DNA of 63,614 nt, counting the filler, from Hyphochytrium catenoides (lineage: Eukaryota; Protista; Hyphochytriomycota), in the NCBI GenBank assembly GCA_900088475.1. It is 6 parts of 6 records of this genome, joined end to end, with 100 filler letters (N's around TTAATTAATTAA, not from the genome) between each part and the next. Parts side by side here need not be neighbours in the genome. Positions count along the whole stretch, not along the records: positions 1 to 25,126 come from FLMG01002213.1; 5 more parts are not named here. The stretch is one strand, 5' to 3'. Below are positions 11,280 to 24,289 of the stretch, in pieces. The stretch's first letter is position 1, and every line of letters starts with the position of its first letter. The notes beneath the pieces were generated by a model. It had not been told where the DNA came from, made no database searches, and was given only the letters and a program-made list of their open reading frames with translations. A program made the translations under genes and the position numbers.

Positions 11280-14200
11280 TAGTGCTACTGCTGAGTGGCG
11301 GTTGAGGGGCGACGGTGATACAGCAGGTAGCGGGTGCTGCTCTCGGCATCAGTCTGTCGGTAGGGTGACTGCCAAACAAGAAGTAAGACTGAAAGAAGAC
11401 TGGCTAGACTGCGTGCTGCTAGACCCGTCTCCACTTGTCCCTTCTGCTACCGACGAGCAGCTCAACTCTTTCTTTTGGCTTCTTTCAGTGTAATAAAGGA
11501 GAAAAGATAACGAGAGAGGAGGGCTAACATCAAGGCATCTACGACTGCAGGTTAACAACAAGAGACACTCAGTAGCACTGATGATGGCTGTGAGGAGATG
11601 AGACTGGCTACCTTGACTCTTCTTCGGAGCCCTGCTGCCTTAGGTTCACTCTCACAGTCGTTACACTCCGTTGTCTTATGCAGATCCTATCGGCAAGAGC
11701 CGAGGAAGTAGATAGGGAACCCCTTGCTTTTTTAATAGAATCATCACTCTACTGTCGACAGCAGAAAATAAAGCGCCCTTCGCCGCTCATAGGTTCTCAC
11801 TGTTAGCCACTAGCCACGGAACTATCCTGCTGCACAGCAGCCCTCCTCTCTTCTTCGCCTCCCCCAGTCTTGAGACTTGTACATGCTGGACACAAAGGGG
11901 CTTCTCCCATCCCATCATCCTCGTCTCTCGTCCTTGCTCTTTGTCGCTTCAAATAGGCTCCTGGATCCCCGTTCGCCCTCCTTCCTTCTTCGCGTTCCGT
12001 CATCTCGTCCATAACTAAACCATCCCCGCCATTATAGCCACGATGGTGTCCATCATCATAGTATTGCCGCAGAGGGAAGAAGGAAGAGTGTCTTTTATAG
12101 CACGCAAAGGAAGGTCTGGCAGGACGGATGCCCTCTTCTCCCAGTCGTGGTAGCCTTCGTCGTCCTCCGATGACTGAAGAAGAACGAGACGTGCCAGAAG
12201 ACATCAGCAGCCGCAAGAGGGAGGCGCAGTCGTTACAGCAGCAGTTTTATCCCTCCTCCTCTCCATCTTCTCATCTCCAGGCTGTTCTTAGAGGTTACCT
12301 GCTCTACATCCATCACTAGTATCAGGTGAGAAGAGAAGGGAACCTGTTCTTCTTTGGTCATTGCGCTGCCCGCGGCCTGCGTCGTACTACGTAGGAAGGA
12401 TGAAGAAGAAGAAGATTAATGAAGAGGAAGAGGCACAGCAGGCTGCAAGTTGTTGCTGTGCGGGCACCACGAGAGGAGGACAACTCCTTCTCTTCCATCA
12501 TCATCCACAACGTCACATAGCTGTCCTTGCGTGCGGCGCGCCTGGACTACTACTATTAGGTAGAGTGCTACATGATATCGAGTCCTCCTTCTGCTTCTTG
12601 TTGGTCTTCTTCTTCTTCCTTGTCATGGCAATAGGAGAATGACATGGCGATGTTGGTGCTGGCTCGTGCTAATGCTAGCTTCTGCTACCTGCTGCATATG
12701 GCTTACGCCACCAAGAATATTCTCCATAGCAGCAGGGCGGCTCACATTATTGCTGCGGAGGCCTCAGTCTCATTCTCTTTCTCCTCCGTCGAAGGAAGGT
12801 ACTACATACGGCGGCGGGTAGAGTAAGGTAACACTGGTCATCTTCCTCGGCTGGTAGCTCGCCAGGCTCGTTTCCAACATGACAGGGCTGCACCACCAGA
12901 TAGAAGAGGAAGCATGCATCGCGACCGCCTTTTGCTTATCATCACCACCAGGAAAGAGGATGTTGTTTATGCACTGAGGTGAAGCGATGAACGATGATGG
13001 GCGATGGGTATACGGATTGTGAGAGAGATGTTACGATCATTGGATGAGTTTATCCTGCTTAGCGCCGGTAGGCTACAGATCTGACACCACTCACTGAGTA
13101 GTTCAAGGTAATGTTGGATCTTCATAGTAGGACGTGCCTCGTCATTAATGTGCTGATAGCGTGAGTCGCTGTCTGTTCCTTCATCTCCACCTTTTGTTGC
13201 TCTATAAGGCAAGTATTATAACCTCTGATGGCGCCACGGCCATTGTTCGGAGCTGGCGTCATCCTGCCAACATAGCTGCCAGGGGAAAGTCCTGTAGAGG
13301 ATAGTAAGATCCTTCACCATCACCGGAAGTTAGTGGACAGAACAGAAGACGCAATCACCTCATCGCATGCACTCATGACATATGAACACATAAGCAAGGC
13401 ACCGAAGACCGACTTCCTTTTGCTTGATGATCGAGGAGGACTCCTAGGTAGCTTATTATTATGCAGCTTGAGGATGGAAAGGGTTCTTCTTTCCTTCGCA
13501 TCAGCAGTTCTATCAACGATCGGCTCAATTTTTGTTCGGCCGTAGTGATGATAGCAGGAGGTAAGCATAGCGTGGTAGACCTCGTCCTTAGAGCAGGCCT
13601 CCGCGTAGGCAACAAGATTGATCCAAGCTGGCTGTGAGGGAGAAGAGATTGTTTAAGCCGCTCGGCGACACGTTTTGAGCGGGGTCAACTGCTGCTGCCT
13701 AACTAAGCTATCTCATATGTTGTTTGGATTTTGGTAGGTTGAGGCGCAGTAGGACCCTACTTACTGGTCCTCCCAGGCACCTTTTGCCCTTCCTAGGCTT
13801 GAATAACATTCTTGGACACGTTGAGAGCATGGAGTCTCATGGAGGTGGGATGATCAGTGGCGGGAGAGAAGAAGAACGGGTTCATACTGTAGGAAGAAGT
13901 AAGGGTCATTATGGGAGTAAACGAACCTTACATCGTTGATACTACTCTTACTCAACGTTACGGGGCTTCCAGTGGGGAGGACTGAGCAAAAGACAACGGT
14001 AAGAGAACTCGGCGCAAAGCTCTCGTCGCCACCATCACCACGGCCAGCACCATTGGTAGAAGTCGCACCAATCAGTGCCGGCGGCCCGCCATCATGAAGA
14101 AGGCCCGCTAAAATCACCACGGTGGAGTTTGTTACGTGGTGTGACCTACTACTTCCTGCTTCTTCCACTGTTACCATACTCTCGGCAGCATCTATGGTCC

Positions 14201-16859
14201 GATTGAAGCCAGAAGAGGCCAAGCACCACGAAGAGGACGAGTAAGCGTCAAAGGTTAGTGATTCTGGTTGAGAGACGACTGCTATGTCCAATTGAAGAAA
14301 CGGAAGAAAAATAAAAGAAGGTACCAGTCATAAGTGAGATTATTGGGTTCTTCGTTCCTATTTTCTTGTGTCTTCTCCTTCGCTCGTCAGACCATTTACA
14401 TTTCTTATATGGGCAGTTCTTCTTCCTGTTGCGCGACAACAGCTGGTGAGTGAGAAGGTCTCAGGCTGTGAGACGCTCTTGGGTTGGGTTCGGTGGAGGA
14501 GAAAGGAAGAAGATAGCCTAATAGGAGCCGCCGTTGTTACCGTTATCTCCATCATCATGCAGCAGTCATGCACCACAGCCCTGTCTTCAATCTCTACTAC
14601 TCCTTATTACCGTGCCTGCGCCATCACCGGCAGCATGGCACTTCTCACTTTACTACGGAGTACTTGCTACTGTGGTATTTACTTTGGAACTGCCGAGGAC
14701 GTGAGAACATAGATAACAGCCGTGTAGCCTTCAAAAAGATAGAAGTCATTCAATCAGTCCTTCTCACAGGGGCAACGCGACAGGCGGCTAACAAGCTATC
14801 AATACCTCGAGACGATGCGATGTGAGTAAGGAAGAATCATCATCACAGGTTATGTATTATTAGCGCCGACGGGACGGATGCTTAGGTCCAAGGGTAACTA
14901 CTAGGGACTGTCCAGCTATTTCTATTATAAAAAAGTCATCAAAGACAAGGAGAGGACTCTGCTGTGTCATTACCGTTTTATCCTCGTCTTCCACATCCCC
15001 CTGGTCGGAGATCTAGTGCTACTTGTACTGGGGTCCTCGGTGTTTTCGTAGATATCACTAAAGTTCGACACTTACATCTGGTTTCCCTGCACGGTTTTCG
15101 TATAAAGTAACAAGCTAGCGAGAATTTTGTAAAGCTAATAAGGACTTATTTTATAAGAGCATTCTAGTTCTCTTTTTCGTATATCTATAGTTACCTTCTT
15201 ATTTCTGTGATGCGTACTCCGTAATCTAGGCGAGATTAAATTACTTGGGACGTATTTTCTTACAGTTATAAATGAGTTATACAGTAGAAGACTGAGAACG
15301 TAACTGCCCAGGTACTTCCAGCTCGCTAGCTTCGGTCTAATTCTACCAATTTTCGGGAGTTGTCGTTTTTATGTATCGCCTCATAACCACAAAAACAAGT
15401 CCCTCAGGACTACTATACTCTCAACAAACCTCTTATGTAATAGCCCTCACAGTCCGTAAGCAGTATTATCACTATTACTCCCAGGAGAAGGTAGAGGTGG
15501 GGTCACGTCAGCTTTTATGGTGTGTAATGCAGTCTGGGCGCCTTTGTGAGTAATTGGCGACCTTCACTTCCGGACCGACAGCTTACTCATCCTCCCACCC
15601 ACCAACCGAAAGGTTCTCGATCTAGGCCTTCGCCAACTTGACTTCTTGTCTTGTCTTTTATAGCGTTGAGGTACACCCTAGTCAAATCCTGAGATATTCC
15701 GCCAGAGTTGGGGTGGGTGGGCAGATGCAGATGTGATGGATTTACATCAATACACACGGATGGATGGTCTTCTCTCAGGCACTCTTTCTTTCCCGAACAG
15801 CAAATCTCAACACTCCAACATCTGATAGTTTGTAAGCTATTTTAACCAAATCTTTCTCAATGTAATATACATCTCCGCGCTCCCTCTGTCTCGCTGTTGC
15901 ACACCATCCGACGTGCGAGTGTCAGGCTGTCAGGAGAATGTCCTTTCGTCTGCCTCTCCTCCTCGTCCTCTCTTTGTCCTCCCTCCCTCCCTTCTCCTGT
16001 TGCCCTCGCAGCCAAACTTTTCCCCTCCATCACCTCTCTTCGTCCCCGTTTCGATCACCATGTGCCATATCTCTCCATGCTCTGTCTCTCACCCAAGTGT
16101 CCTTTTCACTGACAGATGTTTAGCGGGCCTCATGTCTATACACCACTCGGGCTCAGCCTTGCGCAGACATGTTCAGCGCTCTGCACTTTGCCAGCTTTTC
16201 TGACTCTCAGGTTGACANNNNNNNCTCTTTCTGTCTTTTCATCCACGTTGTGGAGGCCTGAGTGTACGGGTTACCATAGACCTGAGGAGAAGCCGTGGAT
16301 AGGACAGAGAAGCAGCCTGTCATCATTCTCTCTCTCTCTCTTGTTCCCTTCTTTCTTCCAGTTGCACAGCACTTGACTCATCTCTCTCTCTTCCTCTGAT
16401 TGGATGATTCTCCCCAATGAAGATGATCAGTGGATAGCCAACTGTTCGTCAAGCGAAGCGCCAACAATCTACAGCGTTCATCACCTGCATATTGTTCCCT
16501 CCTTTATGCTCTGCCCGCTTCTTCGTTGCTTGGTAACCCTATCTCCATCTCTTACATTCTATCTGTTCGCACCTTTCTCTCTCTCTCTCTCTATCTCACT
16601 ACTATCCACTGTCTGTTTGCTAGAAGCTTCGGTCTTCGGGAGGTGCCCTCAAAGACCAGACAGGAAAGAGTGTGCAGACCTGGCTCTCTCTGCCTTGGCG
16701 CTTACTCTGTAACTTTCCGTCCCGTTTCTCCATTTCCCGTCGTGCATGCCGCTATTGGCGCGAACGAGCGCACCTCCTCGCAAAAAGAGGCTGATAGGTA
16801 ACGAGTCAAAGTAGGCGACATTGGGAGAAGAAGGAGACGCAAGAGAAGAAACTTCAGGA

Positions 16860-18351
16860 ATGGACCCTGACGGGCCGTCGGATCGGTCTCAGAATAATGT
16901 GGCGCATCCTCCTCCACCTCCCACTGCTATCGCCATAGAAGTGCCCTTAGAGGGCCATTCGGCCGCTCACTTTACGGAACATACAGATGTATCCACTCCT
17001 CCACCTCCTCCTCTCCATCAGCTGGAGAGACACTCTTCCATGGGCTATATAGCAACATCGAAAGGGGAGAGAATGGTGGGGGAAGGAGTCCGTGAGAGCC
17101 ATCATCTCTCTGCTTTCCCCAGCATGAGAGGCGAAGAGTGGGGAGGAACACCAGGAGAAGAGAGAGGACAGGCGCCTCCTCGGCGGGCTTCGACCAAAGA
17201 CCAGCAGAGAATGAGGCCTTCGGGCTTCCTAGGGCAAGGACAGGTGGCCGGTGCTTTGGAAAGCTATTTGTTGAAATGGACAGCTATGCATCATACCGAC
17301 CCTGGGCCTCCTCTCCCTGCTCCCTCTCGTACTGTCCTGGTCTGGTCCTTTATTGCGTCATTCATTGGCATCGCTATCCTCGCATCGATGTCTTTCTACA
17401 TGAAAGAGCTGAAGCGAGAGAATCTGACGGCAATCATTGGAAGTTTTGGCGCCAGTGCAGTCTTAGTCTTCGCTAGTATCGACTCGTAAGTCTCCGTCCT
17501 CTCGCGATCTCTGTGCTGCGTATCTCGTTTCTCTCGCTTTCTCTCCTGTCTCTGTCTCTTCTGTTTCCGCGTGCTTCTTCTCCCTCACCGTCGTTTCTCT
17601 TTGGGCTCTCTCCGTCTTGCAGCTCTCTCCGTTCCTTTTTGGGCTTTGGCTACGTGGTTTGTTGGGACTTAGGTCCGATGATGCACCCTTCATTGCTATT
17701 GTCGCCTCACGGGAATCTGTCTCCCTCCACAGACCCTTGGCTCAACCTCGTAATCTAGTCTTTGGAAATACCCTGTCAGCGATCGTTGGCGTCAGCTGCA
17801 GGAAATTATTTAACGCCCTGGACGATCCGTACGCATGGGAGTGGTCGTTTTGTGCATTAGCTGTCGCATTGTCTATCTCTGTCATGCAGCTAACCAGGAC
17901 CACTCATCCGCCCGGAGGTAGGCCAACATGTCAGCGTTGCATCCTCACTCAGAGACTAACTGTGTCTGCTCACTTCGCCTCTTGGGTCTTACCTTTCGTA
18001 TCCGTGGCCCCTCCGCGCCAACATGCTGCTCTGGGTAACGATTAAACAGGTGCAACATCTCTTATTGCAGTCATAGGTAAGTCTTTTCGCACGTGTGGCA
18101 CGAGATATCAGCGCAAGGATTGTCTGAGGCTGACTTCTTTGACATTCTCTGTCTTTCTCGCTGCAGGTGGTCCTCAAATTTACGACATGGGATACGTCTA
18201 TGTTCTCATGCCGGTCTTGGCAGGCTCGGTAATTCTCCTGCTCGTGGCGCTTCTAGTGAACAACATTCAGAGGAGCTATCCAAAGTACTGGCTACATCCC
18301 CATGTTAGGTCCATGGTGGACGTTGAAGAAATGATGCTGGATGAACCCTAG
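16860..18351 (+). CDS. HPP-family integral membrane protein (4 exons: 16860-17485, 17733-17917, 18050-18076, 18167-18351)
   Basis: The spliced product contains the HPP signatures GSFGASAVLVF, SPLAQPRNL and THPPGGATSLIAV, and ends ..NNIQRSYPKYW. All three introns are GT..AG and phases are consistent. Confidence 0.9.
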
Positions 18352-19084
18352 TTAAGGGAAGGAGCTGAACTAGAGCTAGCATACTAGGAGGATACAAACA
18401 GTAGATTTTCCTCAGCAGGAATGGAAGGCTTGGCTGTCGTCCCCTTCCCTCACCCTTCTTGGTGAAGGAGCTGTATTTGGATTGTTTCCATCAGCCAGCA
18501 AGAAGCCAGGTAGAAGAGGGATGAGAACGGGGACATAGGGCATTTCCATATAGTCTTTGTATGTGTTAGAGGGAAGAAGAGTAAGGGCAGTAGGACCAGT
18601 TTTGTTTGCTTTAGGTGCCAAAAGCCATGCACCTCTTTCCTAGTGATCGATCTCTATGGGGAGGGTCATGCTAAGGGCCCTTACTGCCCATCTATGGGTG
18701 GCAATATTTATCTGAATGTAGTTTGTCGAGAGCATAAGCCGCTGATGGACCTCTTTAGTTATCGTCCAGAGGGATAGTAGAGAAGGGAAGAGTAGTAAGG
18801 AAACTCTGAGTACTCATACTAGAAGAAAGCGGGAGAGAACTTCGTTTGGATGCAAGGTCATTATAGGCTTCCATGTACATAAACAATCAAGCACTTTCTT
18901 AGTAGCGTTAGAGAGTGCGCTAAGTGCCTAGCCCTGCAAGATTTTTTATAAGGAGTTAGACTGAAGGTTCATAGACTTAAGCCTCGGCTTTATGAAGACC
19001 AGGCAACGTTGTTTAAGAGGAGCTGGGGCCCGAAATGTGCAAGGGAAGCATGTCTCATCTCCGTTCTCCCTGTCAGTCTTTCCT

Positions 19085-20545
19085 TTAACTACGGAGCAAA
19101 TGAGCGACCTTTGTTTGTGCAGTAATCAATGCCTGAGAGGCCAGCACTGCGTTGTTAGCCTTTGCACTGAACAAGATGTCTCCGGAGCTGCCTCGCACTG
19201 TCAATGACAGGAGCACGTACTCGACAGGAGGCAGAGAAGTATGTGCGACATAGAAAGCCTGTAGCTCCTCTCCTCTAACGCCGCTCGCTAGACAAGAAAA
19301 CTTAGGAGATAGTAACTTCCCAGCCTCTCCTTCAGTCATCCCCTCTCTCAGTACGGCCTTCCACTCTTTGTTGATCTTTGCATTCGCCCATAAAAGCTCA
19401 AAGTCACTGGGGTCGATGTTAGGATCATCGACAAAGTTGAACTGAGGCTTTGCTCCACCTTCGCCTTGCTGCGCTGAAGATGATGGGAGGCGGTCAGGTG
19501 AAGGAGAGCGAAACTTAGAGCGAGAGACGTGACGAGGGCGCGCGGCCCATGACGGTTCTCTATCTTCCGCTAGTTCGCTCTGCAGCGGCTGGGTTGCAGA
19601 TCGCGCAGAAAGAGAGAGTTCCTGGTCCGGCAGCTTTGTCGGGGTTGCTGTGGAAGAAAGGGATTTGGCAGCGGTCCCTTCCCCACCTTTCTCCGAAGAA
19701 GATCCCTCTTCCAGGCTCTCCTCCACACTCTTTCCTGAGCCCTTATCCTTTTGATCTTTCTGCTTACTCTGCTTTGTCTTTTCCTTGCTTTTCTTGTCCT
19801 TATGAGGCTCCGCAGGTCCAAACTTTCTCCTTGAGCGAACACGGGCGCACAGCGCGATGGAGAGAATAAGAGCAACGACCCCAACGACTGCGGCAATCCC
19901 TATTCCATATTGAAGCGAGAGAGAACTAGTCTGGTTTTCTCCTTTTGTTTGAAAGGTCGAAGACATCCCTTGATCTTGGTCTTGAGAAGATCCTGGACCG
20001 ACAGGCGGAGTCCTACCTGTCTCTGCGGATGACGGAGCCGCAGGTATCGTGGTAGAAGGTTGAGAGCTGACTGCTTCAGAGGGATGGGGTAACCCGGACG
20101 AGGAAGGAGACATAGCAGAGGGCGAGGGAGTAGTAGAGGATGAAGGTAACTCAGATGAGGAAGAAGAGATGGGAGATTCAGAGGAGGGAGGCAGAGAAGA
20201 CGGGGAAGCATCGGTGGCATTAGTGCGTGAACCACCTAGAGATGAACTATTGGCTGGAGTTCCGGTGGGAACTAAAAGGATGTCATCTCCGCTGCCATCG
20301 GCAGTCTGATTGCTCCTTAGAGGCAATGGAAAGAGCGGCCGAATGTCACTCTCGTCTTCTTTTAAGTGTTCGGAAGAAGCGTTTAAGCTTGCGCTGAGGT
20401 CTCGATGTGAAGAGAAAGAGAGCACCCTCTCTGACTTGTTCTCTCGTTGTAGCAGGCGCTGTCTGCTCTCAAGCCCTTCAGCTAGATACAGACAGCTCCA
20501 CAAACTCAGGACCAATGTCGTGCCCGCTTTAGAAGTGACTCTCAT
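19085..20545 (-). CDS. Type I membrane protein (signal peptide, S/P-rich stalk, TM) with C-terminal beta-adaptin appendage (B2-adapt-app_C)-like domain
   Basis: 486-aa intact ORF: N-terminal hydrophobic signal, S/P-rich region, TM GIGIAAVVGVVALILSIALC followed by RVRSRRK. The C-terminus F.FVDDPNIDPSDFELLW ... FSCLASG ... FYVAH ... YVLLSL ... FSAKA resembles the beta-adaptin platform subdomain. Confidence 0.75.
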   Translation of the reverse strand: MRVTSKAGTTLVLSLWSCLYLAEGLESRQRLLQRENKSERVLSFSSHRDLSASLNASSEHLKEDESDIRPLFPLPLRSNQTADGSGDDILLVPTGTPANSSSLGGSRTNATDASPSSLPPSSESPISSSSSELPSSSTTPSPSAMSPSSSGLPHPSEAVSSQPSTTIPAAPSSAETGRTPPVGPGSSQDQDQGMSSTFQTKGENQTSSLSLQYGIGIAAVVGVVALILSIALCARVRSRRKFGPAEPHKDKKSKEKTKQSKQKDQKDKGSGKSVEESLEEGSSSEKGGEGTAAKSLSSTATPTKLPDQELSLSARSATQPLQSELAEDREPSWAARPRHVSRSKFRSPSPDRLPSSSAQQGEGGAKPQFNFVDDPNIDPSDFELLWANAKINKEWKAVLREGMTEGEAGKLLSPKFSCLASGVRGEELQAFYVAHTSLPPVEYVLLSLTVRGSSGDILFSAKANNAVLASQALITAQTKVAHLLRS

Positions 20546-23500
20546 GGTCTTTGTTAATTAGGGGATACTCTTGAGTTGTTCGACGAGAAATCCGTCCTGT
20601 GCAGTCGGTGGATATAAGAGCCGAGGGTCGTGGCCCAGAACCCTAGGTGGGGTCCCTCACGTTCTGTCCACAAACCTTTCAACGAGATGCATGACTCTCA
20701 ACACAAGCGCCGCTGAGGGTCTTCAAGACGACTTAGCAGAGCTGCAGCGTCTGGGGAAGAAAGTAGACGTCCTCTTAGCCGTATTCTAGTTCCGCGTGGA
20801 GCTCTAACATCAGTGACTGGAAGCAGGTGCTGTCAGATTCTTGTTCAATGCGCTTCAACGCGCTTGTCGTCCTTGATCTCTCGCTGCGCTGAGCTTTCTG
20901 TCCCTCCCGCCCCTTCCCTGACCCCGCGCAATAGCCGCCATGGTCCCCTATAGTCAAGGGACTCTAGACAGAGTAGGCGCAGTATTAGGGTTCTACGGTT
21001 TTTGTGGAAAGAAGAGGACGTGGGATTGCTGTTGTGACCCTTATCGGCAGTGTGAGGATCAGAGGCGATAATCATTAGGGTTCAGAGGCTCCGATATGCC
21101 CACATCTGCAATCTGCATCTTCAGCATCGGCCTCATCAACTAAAAGCCTTCTCCTGAGGAGAGAGCAACGGAGATAGAGGTGAACGCACGGGCGATACGT
21201 TGCGGAAGATCAACTGTTACTTGTACTAAGGGGCGCCCGACTGCGCCAGGAGGAATGAGACAGGGGCGGTGGAGTAAGGAGGTGAGGGTTGTGGAAGGGG
21301 CAGATGAAAGAATCCGTTGACGCTATATTCTCGTTTTGGCATACGCTTCTGCCATTAGTCGATATAGGGGAAAGAGGCATTTGACACCGGAGAAGGGGCC
21401 GTAAACCAGATGATGAGAGGCATTCCAAGGCAGAGAGTGTGCTGGAAAAGGTGTACTGAGAGACAGGCGTAGGTGATTGAATCTGGGACGATGCATTTGT
21501 CTTCATGAGTAGCCCGAGGAGACGGTGACAGGTTGTACGAGCCCTGCACTGTGCTGCCTGATGGAACTCTATAAAGTTAACGAATGGAAGTCGACCCGTC
21601 TGGCTCATATGAGCTGGTCCGATCATAATAATGTCGGCATGCCGTCCATCACAGTGCAACTCGTTAGGTGCCCTTGGTGGGACGCTACTCGCTGGCGCTG
21701 TCAGTAAGGAGAGGTTATTAGGAGCACTCGCTGTGGTGCTCAAGATCCTGTGTGATTACGCATGCTTCACTCACTTTCAGCTAGATGTTCAGCTCCCTTC
21801 TAGGAAATTCAAGGAAGTCCATGGACCAGCACCCAGCACCTTACAGAACACATTGGGTGCTGCGGCAGCGTCCACTGTTGCTCATGCCAAGCATAGAAAA
21901 CCATGCCGTCAGATGCAGGCGGCGCAACACTGATGGAGAGGACAAATGTCAGCTGCTGAGATGAGCTGCGTTCATGGGGGTTTTGAGCTATTGCTATTTG
22001 CCTTAGTCATATCTATGATCACTCTGGTGGCACGGGCACTCGACCTTCTCTCATTATGACCCTTCTCCCAAAAGATCTGGTCCATCCTTCCCGCGTCTCT
22101 TCTCCCTTATATTCAACAAGATAATGCAGCTCTTTTGGAATCTGTGAAGGGCAGCTAACTCTTGGATCTCGCATCATTATTACCCCTCGACGAGATGCCA
22201 GACAGTGAAGTTTGGTGTGTGAGATGGCGAGAGACCAAGACCCCTACGTCCCGAAAGACCCAATAAACAGAGCTCAGATGCATAAGCTTTGTTCTGCAAG
22301 AATGACGGATGTGAACCATTCTGAGGAAGAAAGTGTTATAATTGTTTAGCTAGTGCGCGTTTCCAAACCACCAGAGCCCAAGTGGAGCTGGTGCTAAATT
22401 ATCGAGTGCCATCTCTCTGGCTATGAGCCAGAAGAAGACCCAGAGCAGCCACATCAATTACCGCGCAGGATAACCTTTGGATGAACACCGCGACCGACGT
22501 GACATCACGCATAGTTGTCTCTAGTCCTCTCTCTTGCCGCTTCCGAACATGAGGTCAACGACCGTGGTGCCAGTCAGGAGGAAAAGGACTGTGCATTGAA
22601 GAACATGACAGGGAGTGAGATAAATAGCTAGAAATCTATTCAGTCTCAAAGTGCTAGTTCCTTACAGGTCCCTCCGGCGTAGCTCAAATACATAGTGCGG
22701 TTGTCTGGAGCGCCCTTCTTCAGAAATGTGGGGTTGTCAACGCCTAATGGTACTCATTAAACATCATACGATATAAGGTTAAGACGTAAACTTCAAGATA
22801 GTCTTACCAGGTGCCGGCTTGGCTGTGAAAAGATGCTGCATCCTTCTGACAGCATCGAGAGGAGGGCCCTTTTGGAGGCTTGCAGTCAGGTTGTTAAGGC
22901 TGGCCCGTCTGACCTGCTGCTGGGCAGGGCGAAGAAGCTTAACAGCATGAGAAGCAATCATCTTTCATACACTGTTTGACTACTAGATTAGCGGCTTAAC
23001 CTCCCTGTTTCAGCAATGAGACTAGACCAAGAGCACTGCCAAAGAGCTTGCAAAGCTTCACCAGTTTCCCCTGAAAAAAGCTCTGTCTCTGTGGTTATCG
23101 GCAAATCTGCAGTTTACGTCTCATAGTGCTTGGTTTATGCGCCTTGCCGCCACTATTACTATGAATGACAGTAGTGCTTAGGGTGACATGCTACAAACAA
23201 GCATCATTATTACTGCTCACGGTTCAGTCAATAAGGAATCTACCTGGCCGAAAAATCAATAGGGCTTCAACTTTAAGTTATCAATTAGGGCTGCACATAT
23301 CCCCCACGAGCAAGGCGGCTAGTGAAGAGACACGGCGCAGACCTTGCTGCTGCGAATTCTGAAGATCTGATAATAAAGTGCAGCTTCACGTCCCATTGAT
23401 TGTCTCGGAGGCCTATGAAGCAGCTCATCAATCTATAAGCGCTACCTTTAGCCTCCGACCAGCTCCCGTGGTCGTACTCAGCAAGGATGATTTTGCTGTC

Positions 23501-24289
23501 CGCGATCTCTTTCCTAAGTTTTATTTTGCAGGTAGCATAAGAGCTTTCTCCTGCTTGAAGCTTCTCTGCGTCTACCCTGAGAAGAAGCAGGGTGGTCGAT
23601 GTTCATTACTTTTTTCCCGTTATGAGTTATGACAAATGACGGCCCTTCAACACATCACACTCCCATGTTCAACCGTTTGCCGTAGGGGCTTCGCAAGGGC
23701 GAGGTAGTCCTAGAAGCATTCATGGGTAATAAATCTTAATTCGCGGTTAGAATGACAGTCGCAAAAGGCAACCTTGGTGGACTTGATAGACCTGAGAAGT
23801 TGTTCAACAGAAGCTTCAGATTGCGACGTTGTCTTGTAAGGAAGGCCTTAATGACGCGCACCTTGATTGAGAAAAACAGTCGCGAAGAAGGCAGGAAATC
23901 CGTTAACCATTAGGTGAAGTATAAGCATGTCTTCTAGACCACATGTCTGGCTTGAGTTGACTATGTGACACTTCTCGAATCTTGCGATGAGCCTCCTCTT
24001 GTCTTGAGTTGCATAGCTGCTGCTCTCTTCGTTTTTCCAAAGCTAGTCATCGAGATAAGTCCCCTTCTCTTTAGCGCTTTAGAAGAATGACGGAATTCAA
24101 GCTGGATCACTTCTTCTCTTCATCTTCGGCGCTTTTCTGCCTTTATAGAAGGAAGCTTTGAATCACCATCCTCGTAACTGGTGACTCTATAGATGATGTC
24201 TCGAATCCTTCATTCTCATGAGACAGAAGGACAAGACCAGGACGGCTCTCTCACGGGCCGAATAAAGTTGGGGCACCCAGCATATTTAG

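Noticed and set aside
11800-14800. Decayed - strand gene (weak IQ-like stretch near 12700-12770)
   Set aside because: Coding-like patches exist but with many stops and no recognisable family; not supportable as a feature.
21303-21933. + strand frame interrupted only by TGA codons (selenoprotein or readthrough?)
   Set aside because: No recognisable protein, Sec-type motif or SECIS; chance or CpG decay explains it.
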